From a bacterium (GTDB lineage Bacteria; Patescibacteriota; Patescibacteriia; SG8-24): a stretch of 64,000 nt of DNA. Both the position numbers and the translations under genes were made by a program. The notes beneath the pieces are model-generated. The model made no database searches. It saw nothing but the letters and a program-made list of their open reading frames with translations, and was not told where the DNA came from. Positions 9,050 through 18,879 of this stretch are shown here, one piece after another (within the stretch, counting starts at the first letter, position 1; the number at the start of each line of letters is the position of its first letter). The stretch is taken from the NCBI GenBank assembly GCA_021824285.1, contig JAKAKZ010000003.1:571-64570 (forward strand), in the 5' to 3' direction.

Positions 9050-9598
9050 TTATGCCTTTCCGATGATGCTTGTCAACTGTCCGCCCATCCAGGTGATTGG
9101 CTGTTCGACCTTAACCGGCATGGTCTGGTTGACGTTGGCGATGAATTCGTTGATGACCTGGCGGGCGAGGTCGCCGTGCCGCTTTTCGCGGCCGCGCAGG
9201 ATGATCTCCACCTTGACCTTATCGCCGTCATCAAGGAACTTCATCGCCTGGTTTTTGCGCACCTCGATGTCGTGCGGGCCGATGCGGAGCGAGAGGCGGA
9301 CGCCCTTCACCTCCACGGACTTCTGGGAAGCCTTCTGCTTGCGCGCGGCCTTATCCTGCTCGAACTTCCATTTGCCGAACTCCACCATCTTGGCGAGCAT
9401 CGGTTCGGCCTTGGGTTGGATCACGACGAGGTCGAGGTCCTTCTCCATGGCGCGCTGGAGCGCTTCCTGGGTCGGAATCACACCCACATGCTCGCCGTTC
9501 TCGTCAAGCAGACGGACGGTGGCGGCCCGGATGTTTTCGTTCACCAGGTAGATGACGCGTACCGGCTTTGGTTTGAAGCGGCGGCGGGAGATGCGCAA
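9050..9598 (-). CDS. infC: Translation initiation factor IF-3 (probable non-ATG start; TTG at 9598)
   Basis: NENIRA..VRL...DLDLV...FGKWKFE...KFLDDGDKVKVEIILRGRE; no ATG before the conserved domain. Confidence 0.95.
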   Translation of the reverse strand: MRISRRRFKPKPVRVIYLVNENIRAATVRLLDENGEHVGVIPTQEALQRAMEKDLDLVVIQPKAEPMLAKMVEFGKWKFEQDKAARKQKASQKSVEVKGVRLSLRIGPHDIEVRKNQAMKFLDDGDKVKVEIILRGREKRHGDLARQVINEFIANVNQTMPVKVEQPITWMGGQLTSIIGKA

Positions 9599-9863
9599 GG
9601 CTGTGGAGATTAAATCGGCCGTCGGCCCTGGCGGGGCGGCCAATGATTAAACTGGGGCTATGTTACGCGATATTGCTTGAGTTGTAAAGAGGGGGTTGGC
9701 GGCTGGCGGTTAGAATAGTGATTAGCGGCTGGTGGTTAGTGATTTGTGATAAGTGTCTAGTGCTTTGCGTGATTTCCTAATAATAAGTTACCGGCCCCAC
9801 CAGCCACCAATTATCCGACCCGCCCCTCCACTTTTCATCCGCTTTTATCTATAATATCGCCGT

Positions 9864-11690
9864 ATGCCCGTGATTTCGCGGGAAAAATTGCGCGAATGGT
9901 GGCTGCCTGGCGCGGCTTTTTTGCTGACTTTTGCGGCTTATGTGGCCACCTTGCCGCGGACCGTTTCCTTTGAGGATAGCGCGGAATTCGTGACTGCGGC
10001 CGCCACGCTCGGGATTCCGCACGCTTCCGGCTATCCCTTATACGTGATTTTGGCGTGGCCCTTCGCGCATCTGCCGTTCGGGACGGTGCCCTGGCGCGTA
10101 GCGCTCTTCTCGGCCGTGGTCGCGGGTCTGACTGCGGCTTTCCTAACGTTTTTCGGACGACGGCTGGCGCGGCGCACCGTCGGCCACTGCACGCCCATGG
10201 CCGAGCTCGCGATTCTGGGAGCGGCCCTGCTGTTCGCCTATTCCGGATTGTGGTGGTCGCAGGCGATCTACGCCAAAGTGTATGTTCTGCATGTTCTGCT
10301 GTCCCTGGCGCTGGTGTACGTCGTTTGGCGATGGCTCGAAGAGCCGGAGCGCGGCCGTTGGACCGTCATCGCCGGACTTGTTCTGGCACTCTCATGGGCG
10401 AACCACCTGTTCCTCACCGCGGCACAGTTGCCGCTATTGGTGTTGGCCGTCGTTTTCGGGGCGGGGGACTGGCGGCGGGCCGTGCGCGGCGGACTGAAGG
10501 TTCTGGCCGTGTCGCTTATCGGTCTCGTGCCCTACGTCCTGCTTTTGGTGCGCGTGCCCACCTCGCCCTACGTTACGATTCCGCCGACTGATCTGCCGGA
10601 ACTTTTCCGTTACATGCTGCGGATGAATTACGCCGATATGGGAAGCGGCGGCGAACATCGGATGTGGCTTTTGACCGGCCTGCTGGGCCGCTGGGCCGCG
10701 GAACTCGGTCCGTTGGGAGTCGCTCTCTATCTCGGCGGTACGGTTGCCGTTTGGCGCGCACCGCAGCGCCAGAGGTTTATCGGAGTGCTGTTCGCCGGCG
10801 CCCTGCTCACGGATGTCCTTCTGGTCTTCGGCCGGAGTTTGGGCTGGAGTCCGACCGCCGAATACCTTTCTCGCGTGTATGGGCTCCAGGCCATCACACT
10901 CGGCTTTTTGTCGTCGGCCGTGGCCGTCGCCTGGCTGATCCGCCGGGCGGCTGGTCGCCGGCATCTGGAACTGGCTACGGTCGCCGGGCTCCTTACGCTC
11001 GCAGCCGCTTCCTGTTTCGGCAATTACTTCACGGTCGCTCCGTTCCGCGACGGTTTTGCCGAAAGATACGCACGCGCGATTATCGCGGACCTGCCGGATC
11101 GGGCCGTGCTGGTCGTGGCCGAGCGCGGCTACACGCACGATACTTTTCTATTCACCTTTTCGTACCTTCAGGCGGTCGAACGGTTACGGACCGACGTGAC
11201 GGTAATCCAGGATTCGGTCGAGCGGCCTCTGACGCGGCCGGCGCTTCCGGACGGCTACAGGCAGCTCTCCAAGGAGATGCGGCGGAAGTATCTGTTGCGG
11301 TCAGTTTTGGCGGATGCGCGTTGGGACGGCCGGCCCGTGTTCGCGACCTTCGTGCCCGAGGTGTACGACGATGGCGTTCCTGCCGCGGACGGCCTGGTCT
11401 ATGCGGTACGTTGCGGCAAAGACTGCGGCTGGAAGCGCGGGAATGCTGTCCCGCCGGAGCCGCCGGCCGATGATGTGGTGTTCGGTCAGCCGGCCTTGTC
11501 CGAGATCGTCTCCCACCTGCTTTATGCCGAAGCGGCAGCCGCCGTCGAGGCCGGAGATGACCGTCGGGCAGCACGCCTGACTGCGGAAGCGATCGCCGTC
11601 GACATCGAACCGATGAGCCTCGACTATCAGTCCCTGGTCCGCTACCGGTTCCTGGTCAGCGGGGCCGCCCGGAAGTCGGGGGAGCGCTAG
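9864..11690 (+). CDS. DUF2723/TMEM260-like polytopic glycosyltransferase (GT-C type)
   Basis: EDSAEFVTAAATLGIPHASGYPLY motif, WSQAIYAKVY, ANH, many TM helices. Confidence 0.85.
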   Translation: MPVISREKLREWWLPGAAFLLTFAAYVATLPRTVSFEDSAEFVTAAATLGIPHASGYPLYVILAWPFAHLPFGTVPWRVALFSAVVAGLTAAFLTFFGRRLARRTVGHCTPMAELAILGAALLFAYSGLWWSQAIYAKVYVLHVLLSLALVYVVWRWLEEPERGRWTVIAGLVLALSWANHLFLTAAQLPLLVLAVVFGAGDWRRAVRGGLKVLAVSLIGLVPYVLLLVRVPTSPYVTIPPTDLPELFRYMLRMNYADMGSGGEHRMWLLTGLLGRWAAELGPLGVALYLGGTVAVWRAPQRQRFIGVLFAGALLTDVLLVFGRSLGWSPTAEYLSRVYGLQAITLGFLSSAVAVAWLIRRAAGRRHLELATVAGLLTLAAASCFGNYFTVAPFRDGFAERYARAIIADLPDRAVLVVAERGYTHDTFLFTFSYLQAVERLRTDVTVIQDSVERPLTRPALPDGYRQLSKEMRRKYLLRSVLADARWDGRPVFATFVPEVYDDGVPAADGLVYAVRCGKDCGWKRGNAVPPEPPADDVVFGQPALSEIVSHLLYAEAAAAVEAGDDRRAARLTAEAIAVDIEPMSLDYQSLVRYRFLVSGAARKSGER

Positions 11691-11771
11691 GCCGTTATCG
11701 TTCCGCAGACATCTGCTATATTGTTTCTGTCGGCTTTATTCCGTCGATCTTATCAGTTAGTCAGCACGTCC

Positions 11772-12215
11772 GTGCCAGTCCTCACCGTCAACAAGAAAGC
11801 CCGCCACGATTACGATATCCTGGAGACGCTCGAGGTCGGTATTCAGTTGGAAGGGCAGGAGGTCAAATCTGTGCGCGCCGGGCGTATGGGACTTTTGGGC
11901 TCTTACGTGACGATTCGCCAAGGCCAGGCGTGGTTACTGAACGCCCACGTTCCGAAGTATCCGCAGGCCGGTCCGCTGCCGGGCTATGATCCGTACCGCA
12001 CGCGCCGTCTGCTCCTGCACCGTCGCGAGGTGGCCCGGCTCATGGGCCGGCTGGAGACCAAGGGATTGACCCTGGTACCGCTTTCGGTCTATACTAAGCG
12101 GTCTCTGATCAAGCTGGAGATCGGCTTGGGACGGGGCAAGACTCAATACGAAAAACGCGACAGCATCAAGAAGCGCGATCTGGACCGCGAGGTCAGGAGA
12201 GCGCTGAAGTTGTAG
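11772..12215 (+). CDS. smpB: SsrA-binding protein SmpB
   Basis: NKKARHDY..LE.GI.L.G.EVKS.R, RTRRLLLHRRE, GRGKTQYEKRDSIKKRD; GTG start. Confidence 0.97.
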   Translation: MPVLTVNKKARHDYDILETLEVGIQLEGQEVKSVRAGRMGLLGSYVTIRQGQAWLLNAHVPKYPQAGPLPGYDPYRTRRLLLHRREVARLMGRLETKGLTLVPLSVYTKRSLIKLEIGLGRGKTQYEKRDSIKKRDLDREVRRALKL

Positions 12216-12296
12216 CGGGTGATTAGTGGTTAGTGATTGGTGACTGGTGGAAAGATCCACTAGCCACCAGCCACTAATCACCAGTCACTATCATAC

Positions 12297-12693
12297 GGGG
12301 ATGCCAGGCATCGACGGGGGATCTTTTCACGCCACGCAAGCCGAGCATGTCCGACGTCTCGTTAAACCGCGGACGAATGATCAAGTGCCAACTTGCTCAA
12401 TCGGGTGAAGAACGCGGTGGCCAACGCCTTCGCGCCTTCATTCGCTCCGGCTTTCGCCTAAGCGCGTAAGCCCATCCGTCCGGCCGATGTCCGATAGGTC
12501 GGGTGCGGGTGTCATTTTTCGGACAGAGCCGCGGCGTTTCTCCTGCGCCGGGGCCGACTCATGGCAGGGGATAGGGAAGCCGGATTTCGGCCGATTACCA
12601 CCGGATTCCCGAAATACCTGAACCGGCCTACGCTTGTACACGTGTCGTGAACCGGCCCACCGGACGGGAGTTCGATTCTCCCCATCTCCACCA
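12297..12693 (+). ncRNA. ssrA: tmRNA; predicted tag ORF 12387-12461 ANLLNRVKNAVANAFAPSFAPAFA*
   Basis: 5' GGGGATG pairs with 3' CATCTCC-ACCA (G3:U), T-arm GGGAG-TTCGATT-CTCCC, internal ORF ending AFA-stop, adjacent to smpB. Confidence 0.93.
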
Positions 12694-12723
12694 AAAAACA
12701 CCCAGCCGCGCTGGGTGTTTTTT
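12694..12723 (+). terminator. tmRNA terminator
   Basis: AAAAACACCCAGC-CGC-GCTGGGTGTTTTT. Confidence 0.85.
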
Positions 12724-12753
12724 GCAGCAGTTGAAAGTCATCGTCGGCAACTC

Positions 12754-12817
12754 TCAACTTTTCCCGCCGTTGGCGGGACCCCGCCCTCTTTGACTAAATA
12801 TGAGTGGCGGGGAAACT
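12754..12817. repeat. 64-bp interspersed double-hairpin repeat, copy 1
   Basis: Matches 47485-47548 with 2 mismatches. Confidence 0.9.
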
Positions 12818-12879
12818 CTAAACTTTTAACCGCCCGATTGACCCCACCCCCGAGGCGCTGATATCATTGAAATAATCAT

Positions 12880-13341
12880 ATGTTCAGCAAAAAAACCGGT
12901 CATTCGGTCTGGGACAAGTTCTTGATTCTGGGTGTTTTTGTCTCTTTTGTCGGTGCGGGCTTTCTCTATATAGGCATATTGCTGTGGCGGTCTTCGCGTT
13001 CCCCGGCGGCCGCGCCGGCCATCGCTGTCACCTCTGGCCCCTCGAGCGATGAGTATCGGGCCGACTGCCGCGATATAGCGGCGCCCTTCCTGCGGCAGGC
13101 ATCGGCCGTCAACCCGGCGCAGATCGGCGTCGTCGGGCCGGAACTCGCCAAACTTGCCGAGGCTACCCGCCAGCGGCTGATGCGCCTGCGCGTGCCGGCA
13201 CCTGACCGCGACGCGCACCTGCGCCTCATCCTGCTGCTCGATGAGTGGAAAAGGGCCGCCGTCGGCTCCGCGGATGAGGCGGCTTCGGCCACGGCCCACA
13301 CCGCTGACCTGCTGGATTCTTTCCACTGGCTGTCGCGCTAG
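12880..13341 (+). CDS. Hypothetical membrane-anchored protein
   Basis: N-terminal TM helix; first of four closely spaced co-directional ORFs. Confidence 0.75.
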   Translation: MFSKKTGHSVWDKFLILGVFVSFVGAGFLYIGILLWRSSRSPAAAPAIAVTSGPSSDEYRADCRDIAAPFLRQASAVNPAQIGVVGPELAKLAEATRQRLMRLRVPAPDRDAHLRLILLLDEWKRAAVGSADEAASATAHTADLLDSFHWLSR

Positions 13342-13350
13342 CTGCTCCAT

Positions 13351-14079
13351 ATGACGGTTGTGGAACGCCATGATCAGGCGGAACGGGAGGCAATCCGTGA
13401 TGAGGTCCGCGCCGAGATGGCGCAGGAGAAGCACTCGCGGCAACTGAAAGGGTGCGGTTGCGCGCTCCTGGCTTTCGCCGTCCTCATCGGCGCGCCGATC
13501 GGCCTGACCATCTGGGTCATCGCCAAGAGCGGCTTCATCGAGATTCCGGTATTGTCTGATTTGGTCTACCGCCCGCCCGCCCCGGTCCGCCAAGTGGTGC
13601 CGCTCGTCGGGACGGATGCCGAGACCATCGCCAAGTCGCTGGCCGCCACGGCCAAACCAGGTTCGGCCTCCGGAACTGCGGAAATCACGGTTTCCGAACA
13701 GGAACTCACCACTTTCTTGGCGGCCGCGGTCCAGTCCGGCGATTTGCCTCAATTGCCGTTGGCGGGCAAGATCACGTCGGCGCAGGCGGCTATCGATCCG
13801 GATTTCATCGAGATTTATCTTTCGGCCGCGATGGCCAACGGTCAGCCGCAGCCGATCATCCTACGCGTCCTGCCGACGGTAGTGTCTGGCCAGCTCAATT
13901 TCCGGGTCAAAGAAGCCGTCCTCGGCTCCTTTCCTCTCCCGGCTGCCATTTTCGAACCGCTGCTCAACAAGGCCGCGGCCTCCGCCATGGCGCGCATGTC
14001 CGGTACTGGCGGCGCGGTCCTGACGGCCATCAGGCTGACTTCAGGACACATGACCCTCGTCTTCGCCGCCGCCCGCTGA
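13351..14079 (+). CDS. Hypothetical membrane-anchored protein (possible tubular lipid-binding-like fold)
   Basis: KGCGC plus TM helix; ITVSEQELT and AVLGSFPLP patterns; the fold is a guess. Confidence 0.75.
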   Translation: MTVVERHDQAEREAIRDEVRAEMAQEKHSRQLKGCGCALLAFAVLIGAPIGLTIWVIAKSGFIEIPVLSDLVYRPPAPVRQVVPLVGTDAETIAKSLAATAKPGSASGTAEITVSEQELTTFLAAAVQSGDLPQLPLAGKITSAQAAIDPDFIEIYLSAAMANGQPQPIILRVLPTVVSGQLNFRVKEAVLGSFPLPAAIFEPLLNKAAASAMARMSGTGGAVLTAIRLTSGHMTLVFAAAR

Positions 14080-14085
14080 TTCCTT

Positions 14086-14877
14086 ATGTATTCCATTGCC
14101 CGCTGGTTCGCCAACGCCTCGTCCGTGCTCGTCGCGGCCGCTTTTTTCGTTGCGCCCCAGGTCGCGGTACGGTTTCCTGACGAAAAGGGTCTGGTGCTTT
14201 CTTGCGTCGCCGCCGGCATCGCGCTTCTGGCCCTTTCCGCCGGTCTGGCTTCGGCCTCGCGTCTGCCTTTTGCCGGTGCCCTGCGCCTGGCCACGGCTCC
14301 GGCCCTGTTCGCCGTCGCCGGCTTCGGCTGTTTCCTGATTGTCGGTTCGGAATTGCCGCGCCTCGCCGTAGCGACCGTCGTGGGCGCGATACTGGTGCTG
14401 TACTTTTCTCAGTTGGAGATGGCGATGCCGTGGGTCGCCAAGGTCAGTATGGGGCAGTTCCTGCACCTGCTGCATGCCGTGCACACCATGACCGTCTTTT
14501 TTGCCTTCGCTTTCGCCTACGGCATCATCCAATATTCCGATATCCCGACTTGGGTGATGGCGCTCGCCATGACCGTGCTCACGGGCACGGTAGCCTGGCA
14601 GACTCTGCCGTTCGCCGAAGCCTCCGATGACCGGCTGGTCCGGCCCGTATTGGCAGCGGCTTTCGCGCTGATCGGCGGCCAGCTCTATCTCGCATTCTCT
14701 TTCTTGCCCACGCTTTGGACGGTGAATGCCGCTTCCGCCGCGGTGCTCTGCGCCGTGTCACTGCATATCTGCCGGCAGATCGCCGACGGTGATGCGGTGC
14801 CGGTCCGGAACCGGCGCGATCTGGCCGTGGCCGTAGCTCTCGTCATGCTGGTCCTCGGGACCGCTCGTTGGAATTGA
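14086..14877 (+). CDS. Polytopic membrane protein
   Basis: Hydrophobic throughout; ends LGTARWN; operonic spacing. Confidence 0.8.
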   Translation: MYSIARWFANASSVLVAAAFFVAPQVAVRFPDEKGLVLSCVAAGIALLALSAGLASASRLPFAGALRLATAPALFAVAGFGCFLIVGSELPRLAVATVVGAILVLYFSQLEMAMPWVAKVSMGQFLHLLHAVHTMTVFFAFAFAYGIIQYSDIPTWVMALAMTVLTGTVAWQTLPFAEASDDRLVRPVLAAAFALIGGQLYLAFSFLPTLWTVNAASAAVLCAVSLHICRQIADGDAVPVRNRRDLAVAVALVMLVLGTARWN

Positions 14878-14880
14878 TAT

Positions 14881-16023
14881 ATGAGTTTTTTCAGCAAAAA
14901 ACCGCAGTTCGACATCTCGCCAGTAATCCTGTCCGTGCTCTTGGGCCTGTTATCCGGAGTCGTCGGCATGCTTTACGCTTCGGCGTATCTGGTGCCGGAG
15001 AATCCGACGTCCGGCAGTATCGTGCAGCAGGTCCGGATCGCGCGTACGCCGGCGGCCAACGATGACCGTCCGGAATGGGCTGATATACGGCTGGAATCCG
15101 TGACCCGCTCCACGGCCGTCCTTTATCGCAGCCTGCCGCCGGGCGGCGGCGCGCTCGCCGGGGCTTTCGTGCCAGGTGAGGCCATCGGTGCCGCTTCGGT
15201 GCTGACTTCCGACGGTTGGCTGATCACCCACGAGTCGGCGTTGGGCGGCGCGGACCGCGGCGCGAACGTCTTCGTGAGCGTCAACGGACGGGCTTATCCG
15301 GTGCGTGCTTACCTTGTCGATCCTTACAGCGGCGTCGCGTTTCTCCGGGTCAACGCCACCAACCTGCCCGTGACCTCTTTCGGCGATGATGCCCGGGTCC
15401 GCGCCGGCGACATGCTTTTCGCGGTCGATGCCGCCGCCGGCCTGCACCGTCTGGAGATGACCGGAGCCGGTGAACGGCCGGCGACCAAGACCGATGAATA
15501 CGTGGTTTCCTCGGAGAAGATCGGCACGGTATTAAGGACGGCCGATGTCGGCGCGATCCTGCCCGGGTCTCCGGTCGTAGGTTCGGACGGCGGGACAGTC
15601 GGCATCTACGCCGGCAAGTCCGCCCTTGGAGGCTATCTGATACCTCTGTCTTCTTTTTTCAGCCAGATCGCTTCCGTGCTCCGCGACCAGAGAGTCCTGC
15701 GTCCGGCTCTCGGGGTGCATTATGTCGACCTGTCGCGTGTCGCTGACCTTTCAGCCGACGGCAGCGGCCAGCGTCGCGGTGCCCAGCTCCAGGGAACGGC
15801 AGACGGCAAGTATCCGGCCGTGGCCCGCCGCAGCGCGGCCGAGAACGCCGGCCTGCGGGCAGGCGATATCATCACTTCCGTCGGAGACGAGGAAGTCAGC
15901 GCCAAGCGCGCATTGGCCGATATCCTGGTCGAGTATGATTCCGGGGCGGCCGTAACCCTCAAGGTCCTGCGAGGCGGCACAGAGCGGAGCGTCAACGTGA
16001 TTTTGGGCCAGTCCGCGCCTTAG
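14881..16023 (+). CDS. HtrA/DegP-like trypsin-PDZ protein with degenerate catalytic site
   Basis: TM, LTSDGWLITH, RPALGVHY, SAAENAGLRAGDII PDZ; ILPGSP replaces GNSGGP. Confidence 0.85.
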   Translation: MSFFSKKPQFDISPVILSVLLGLLSGVVGMLYASAYLVPENPTSGSIVQQVRIARTPAANDDRPEWADIRLESVTRSTAVLYRSLPPGGGALAGAFVPGEAIGAASVLTSDGWLITHESALGGADRGANVFVSVNGRAYPVRAYLVDPYSGVAFLRVNATNLPVTSFGDDARVRAGDMLFAVDAAAGLHRLEMTGAGERPATKTDEYVVSSEKIGTVLRTADVGAILPGSPVVGSDGGTVGIYAGKSALGGYLIPLSSFFSQIASVLRDQRVLRPALGVHYVDLSRVADLSADGSGQRRGAQLQGTADGKYPAVARRSAAENAGLRAGDIITSVGDEEVSAKRALADILVEYDSGAAVTLKVLRGGTERSVNVILGQSAP

Positions 16024-16032
16024 CCATCCATC

Positions 16033-16061
16033 TTGACAGAAGTCGTTTTTTCTGCTATAGT
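16033..16061 (+). promoter_or_regulatory. Sigma70 promoter
   Basis: TTGACA-N17-TATAGT with TG extension. Confidence 0.7.
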
Positions 16062-16082
16062 GAGCCGTTATCTCGCATAAAT

Positions 16083-16721
16083 ATGCATGAGTTACCGTTG
16101 GGAAATATCATTTGGAAAAACGCGGGCCGCATTCTGCTGGTCGGTTTGGTGTCGGCCGTCGCCGGTGCCGGGTTGAGCCTGCTTTTCCCGCTCCGCTACA
16201 GCTCGACGATGCGGCTCCTGATCATCCAGAAGCAGCTTTCTGAAGCCGATCCCTACACGGCGATGAAGGCCTCGGAGCGCATCTCCGACAATCTCGGTCA
16301 GATCATCTACACCACGTCGTTCTTCGGTAAGGTGATGGACGACAAGTACAACATCGACAAGTCCATCTTCAGCACCGACGAAATCAAGCGGCGCCGCCAG
16401 TGGTCGGACATGATCGCCACCTCGGTTATCCGCGGCACCGGCATGCTGCAGGTCACGGTCTACCACAAGGATCCGGCGCAGGCGAAACTGATCTCGCAGG
16501 CCGTGGCTAACGTGCTGATCAGCGAAGGTTGGACCTACGTCGGCGGCGGCGATCTGCAGATCAAGCTGGTGGATGAGCCGCTCCTGTCGCGCTGGCCGGT
16601 GAAGCCCAATATTCCGATCAACGCCTTCATGGGACTGGTGCTCGGAGTGCTGGCTGGAGCCGGCCGGTCCATCGCCGAGGCTCGGCGCAAGAACGTCTTC
16701 AGCCTTCCCACCTCCCTTTGA
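16083..16721 (+). CDS. Wzz/CapA-like polysaccharide co-polymerase
   Basis: Two terminal TM helices, YSSTMRLLI, DP.QAKLISQAV, PVKPN motif. Confidence 0.8.
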   Translation: MHELPLGNIIWKNAGRILLVGLVSAVAGAGLSLLFPLRYSSTMRLLIIQKQLSEADPYTAMKASERISDNLGQIIYTTSFFGKVMDDKYNIDKSIFSTDEIKRRRQWSDMIATSVIRGTGMLQVTVYHKDPAQAKLISQAVANVLISEGWTYVGGGDLQIKLVDEPLLSRWPVKPNIPINAFMGLVLGVLAGAGRSIAEARRKNVFSLPTSL

Positions 16722-16784
16722 TAGAAAGGAAAAATGCCCAAACGGGCATTTTTCTTTTGTTTTATGTGCCCATGCGCGGCTGGA

Positions 16785-16813
16785 TTGACAGATAGCAATT
16801 TTTCTGCTATATT
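16785..16813 (+). promoter_or_regulatory. Sigma70 promoter of lipoprotein 1
   Basis: TTGACA-N17-TATATT with TG extension. Confidence 0.7.
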
Positions 16814-16878
16814 TAGCTGTTCTCGCAATAGGGCGGGGACTGGCAGACCATTCAAAACTGAGGTCTATGGAGGCCGAA

Positions 16879-17547
16879 ATGCGGACTGGCGCACACTTGC
16901 TTTCCCTGCTGTTCCTGTCGGCCTGCGGCGCATCCGAGGCCATCATCGTGGACGTGTCCGATACGGGCACGCCAGCCGATGCTGGTGCGGCGTCGCCGGC
17001 CCCGTCCCCGTTGCCTGACGCCGGCACGCTGCCGGCCGAGGACGCCGGCCAGGTCGCGCCGCCCGAGTTGCCCGTCTGCCTCTCGGACCCGCTCATCGCC
17101 CTGCCGTCGGGCGGCGTCGGCTTCGCCACCTGGCTCGTCGGCGGTTCCCCGTGCGCTCGCGTGAGCGGGCTGCCGGACACCGGCGACCTGCTGGACGACG
17201 AGCTCTATGATTCCGACCGCGACGGCTACCTCGAGCTGACCCGCGCGATACCTGCCGGCGCGTACGGCATCGATCTGCTGCCGGAGGATTGCCGGACGCA
17301 TCAGGCCGGCGAGGCGAGGCCGTATACGGAACGGACCGTCGAACGGGTGCGCGGCGGGGACCGAGACGTCTTCCGCTGCTGGGCGATACCGCGCATCAAC
17401 TGCGTCGACCATGGCGGCAACATCTACGACTGCTGGGTCGAGCGGATCAACTGGTTCTGCGGCCTGGAAATCGCGGTTGCCGCGGACGGTGCGGTCACGG
17501 GCGGCGGCGGTACTTCTGCCGGACGCATACCGCTCGCATGCCGTTGA
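16879..17547 (+). CDS. Cys-rich putative lipoprotein 1
   Basis: GGAGG at 16869-16873, lipobox-like LSAC-G, DAG linker repeats, DSDRDGY motif. Confidence 0.8.
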   Translation: MRTGAHLLSLLFLSACGASEAIIVDVSDTGTPADAGAASPAPSPLPDAGTLPAEDAGQVAPPELPVCLSDPLIALPSGGVGFATWLVGGSPCARVSGLPDTGDLLDDELYDSDRDGYLELTRAIPAGAYGIDLLPEDCRTHQAGEARPYTERTVERVRGGDRDVFRCWAIPRINCVDHGGNIYDCWVERINWFCGLEIAVAADGAVTGGGGTSAGRIPLACR

Positions 17548-17712
17548 CTCGGCCAGACAACGCTTTAAACCCCTCTTCGGAGGGGTTTTTCTTTTGGGTC
17601 AGACCCCAATTACGATTATTTGCCTAAAATTAGCCAATTCTTTCGCAGTCAGACCCTCTGGGAGCACTAAATTGTTTTTATCCTGGGCCGTCAGCCAGCC
17701 TCCATCGCATTC

Positions 17713-17741
17713 TTGACAATTCGGCCGAAATATGGTGTAAT
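17713..17741 (+). promoter_or_regulatory. Sigma70 promoter of lipoprotein 2
   Basis: TTGACA-N17-TGTAAT with TG extension. Confidence 0.6.
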
Positions 17742-17753
17742 GCCATGTCCATT

Positions 17754-17827
17754 CGAATTCCGAGATCGCTGCGCGGCCGTGGCAAGCCTCCTCCTCATGC
17801 CATGGCCGCCGGCGATCCCGGCATTCG
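17754..17827 (+). promoter_or_regulatory. Long 5'-UTR hairpin with a CCTCCTCC loop
   Basis: Stem GATCGCTG.GCGGCCGTGGCA / TGCCATGGCCGC.CGGCGATC; loop AGCCTCCTCCTCA. Confidence 0.6.
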
Positions 17828-17868
17828 GCCGGAGACTGTCCTTTCACCCATCACTGGAGGTCAACGCA

Positions 17869-18480
17869 ATGCGTCACTTCACGAAGCTGTTCCTGGTCCT
17901 CGCGACCTTCTCGCTCACCGCCTGCGGTCTCGGCGAGGCCGGCCCGCTTCCGTCCGACGACACCCACCCCTCGACTTCGGTCGACGGTGGCACGCCGCCG
18001 AGCGGCAACCCCGGCACGACGACGGGCACCACCACGGCGCCCTTCCGCTCGTCCGCGAAGCTCCTGCTCGAGGTCTCGCCGGCGTTCACCGACGGTTCGG
18101 CCTGCGTGGAGATTGTCGGCAACCTGCCGGGCATCACCTGGCAGACCGGCATCGTCACCTCATCGACCCTGACCGACGGTTTCCTGAGCGCCTCTTGCAG
18201 CATGTCGGCCGGCACGTACGACTTCTCGTATCGTGCGGTCACCTGCACGGGTCACGTTCAGGGGAAGTGGGCCGACTACGGCGACAAGGCGAAGCTGAAC
18301 GGACTCACGTCTGACGCCCGCCGCTGGATCGCCTGCAACTGGTACGACTCGGCGAACCGCCGTTGCGTCTCCGTCAGCAACCCGGGATGCAACCTGCGGG
18401 CCACGGTCGACGGTCAGGGAAACCTGACCCCGGCTGGCAACATGGGATCGTTCGCTTCGAGCGACACCAACTGCCAGTGA
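17869..18480 (+). CDS. Cys-rich putative lipoprotein 2
   Basis: GGAGG at 17856-17860; MRHFTKLFLVLATFSLTAC-G; paralog of 19891-20553. Confidence 0.85.
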   Translation: MRHFTKLFLVLATFSLTACGLGEAGPLPSDDTHPSTSVDGGTPPSGNPGTTTGTTTAPFRSSAKLLLEVSPAFTDGSACVEIVGNLPGITWQTGIVTSSTLTDGFLSASCSMSAGTYDFSYRAVTCTGHVQGKWADYGDKAKLNGLTSDARRWIACNWYDSANRRCVSVSNPGCNLRATVDGQGNLTPAGNMGSFASSDTNCQ

Positions 18481-18681
18481 CAGTCCTCCAGTGAAACTTC
18501 GCCCTCCGGCTCCGGCCGGAGGGCGTTTCTTTATATGGCGGCAGAGACACTTTTGTTTTGCGCCGTGGTGCGGTGAAAGGCCGTGTTCAGCTCAAGTAGA
18601 GAGCTGAAACAAGCTCAAATAGCCATATTTAAGGCTAAAAAAATTTGGCTTGATTCAGCGAATAATCAGCCCATCACACCC

Positions 18682-18710
18682 TTGACAATTTCTTCCACCC
18701 GTGCTATAGT
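18682..18710 (+). promoter_or_regulatory. Sigma70 promoter followed by a ~165-nt hairpin-rich leader
   Basis: TTGACA-N17-TATAGT with TG extension. Confidence 0.7.
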
Positions 18711-18879
18711 CATTTGTTCATTGAGCATGCGTCCAATCAAGCCTTGAAGACGTCCGAAGCGGAATTCGGCCGACTTCAGCGCTGGAAGCGCTGGATTCGC
18801 AACTTGAAAACTTGGCACGAAACAAGCAGTCCCACCCGCCCCGAAAGGGCAAGCCCCATTCGGGGAAGGAGTCAAAAAG

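Noticed and set aside
17599-17847. 82-aa minus-strand ORF between lipoproteins 1 and 2
   Set aside because: Spans a promoter, a UTR hairpin and REP-like motifs; no coding signal.
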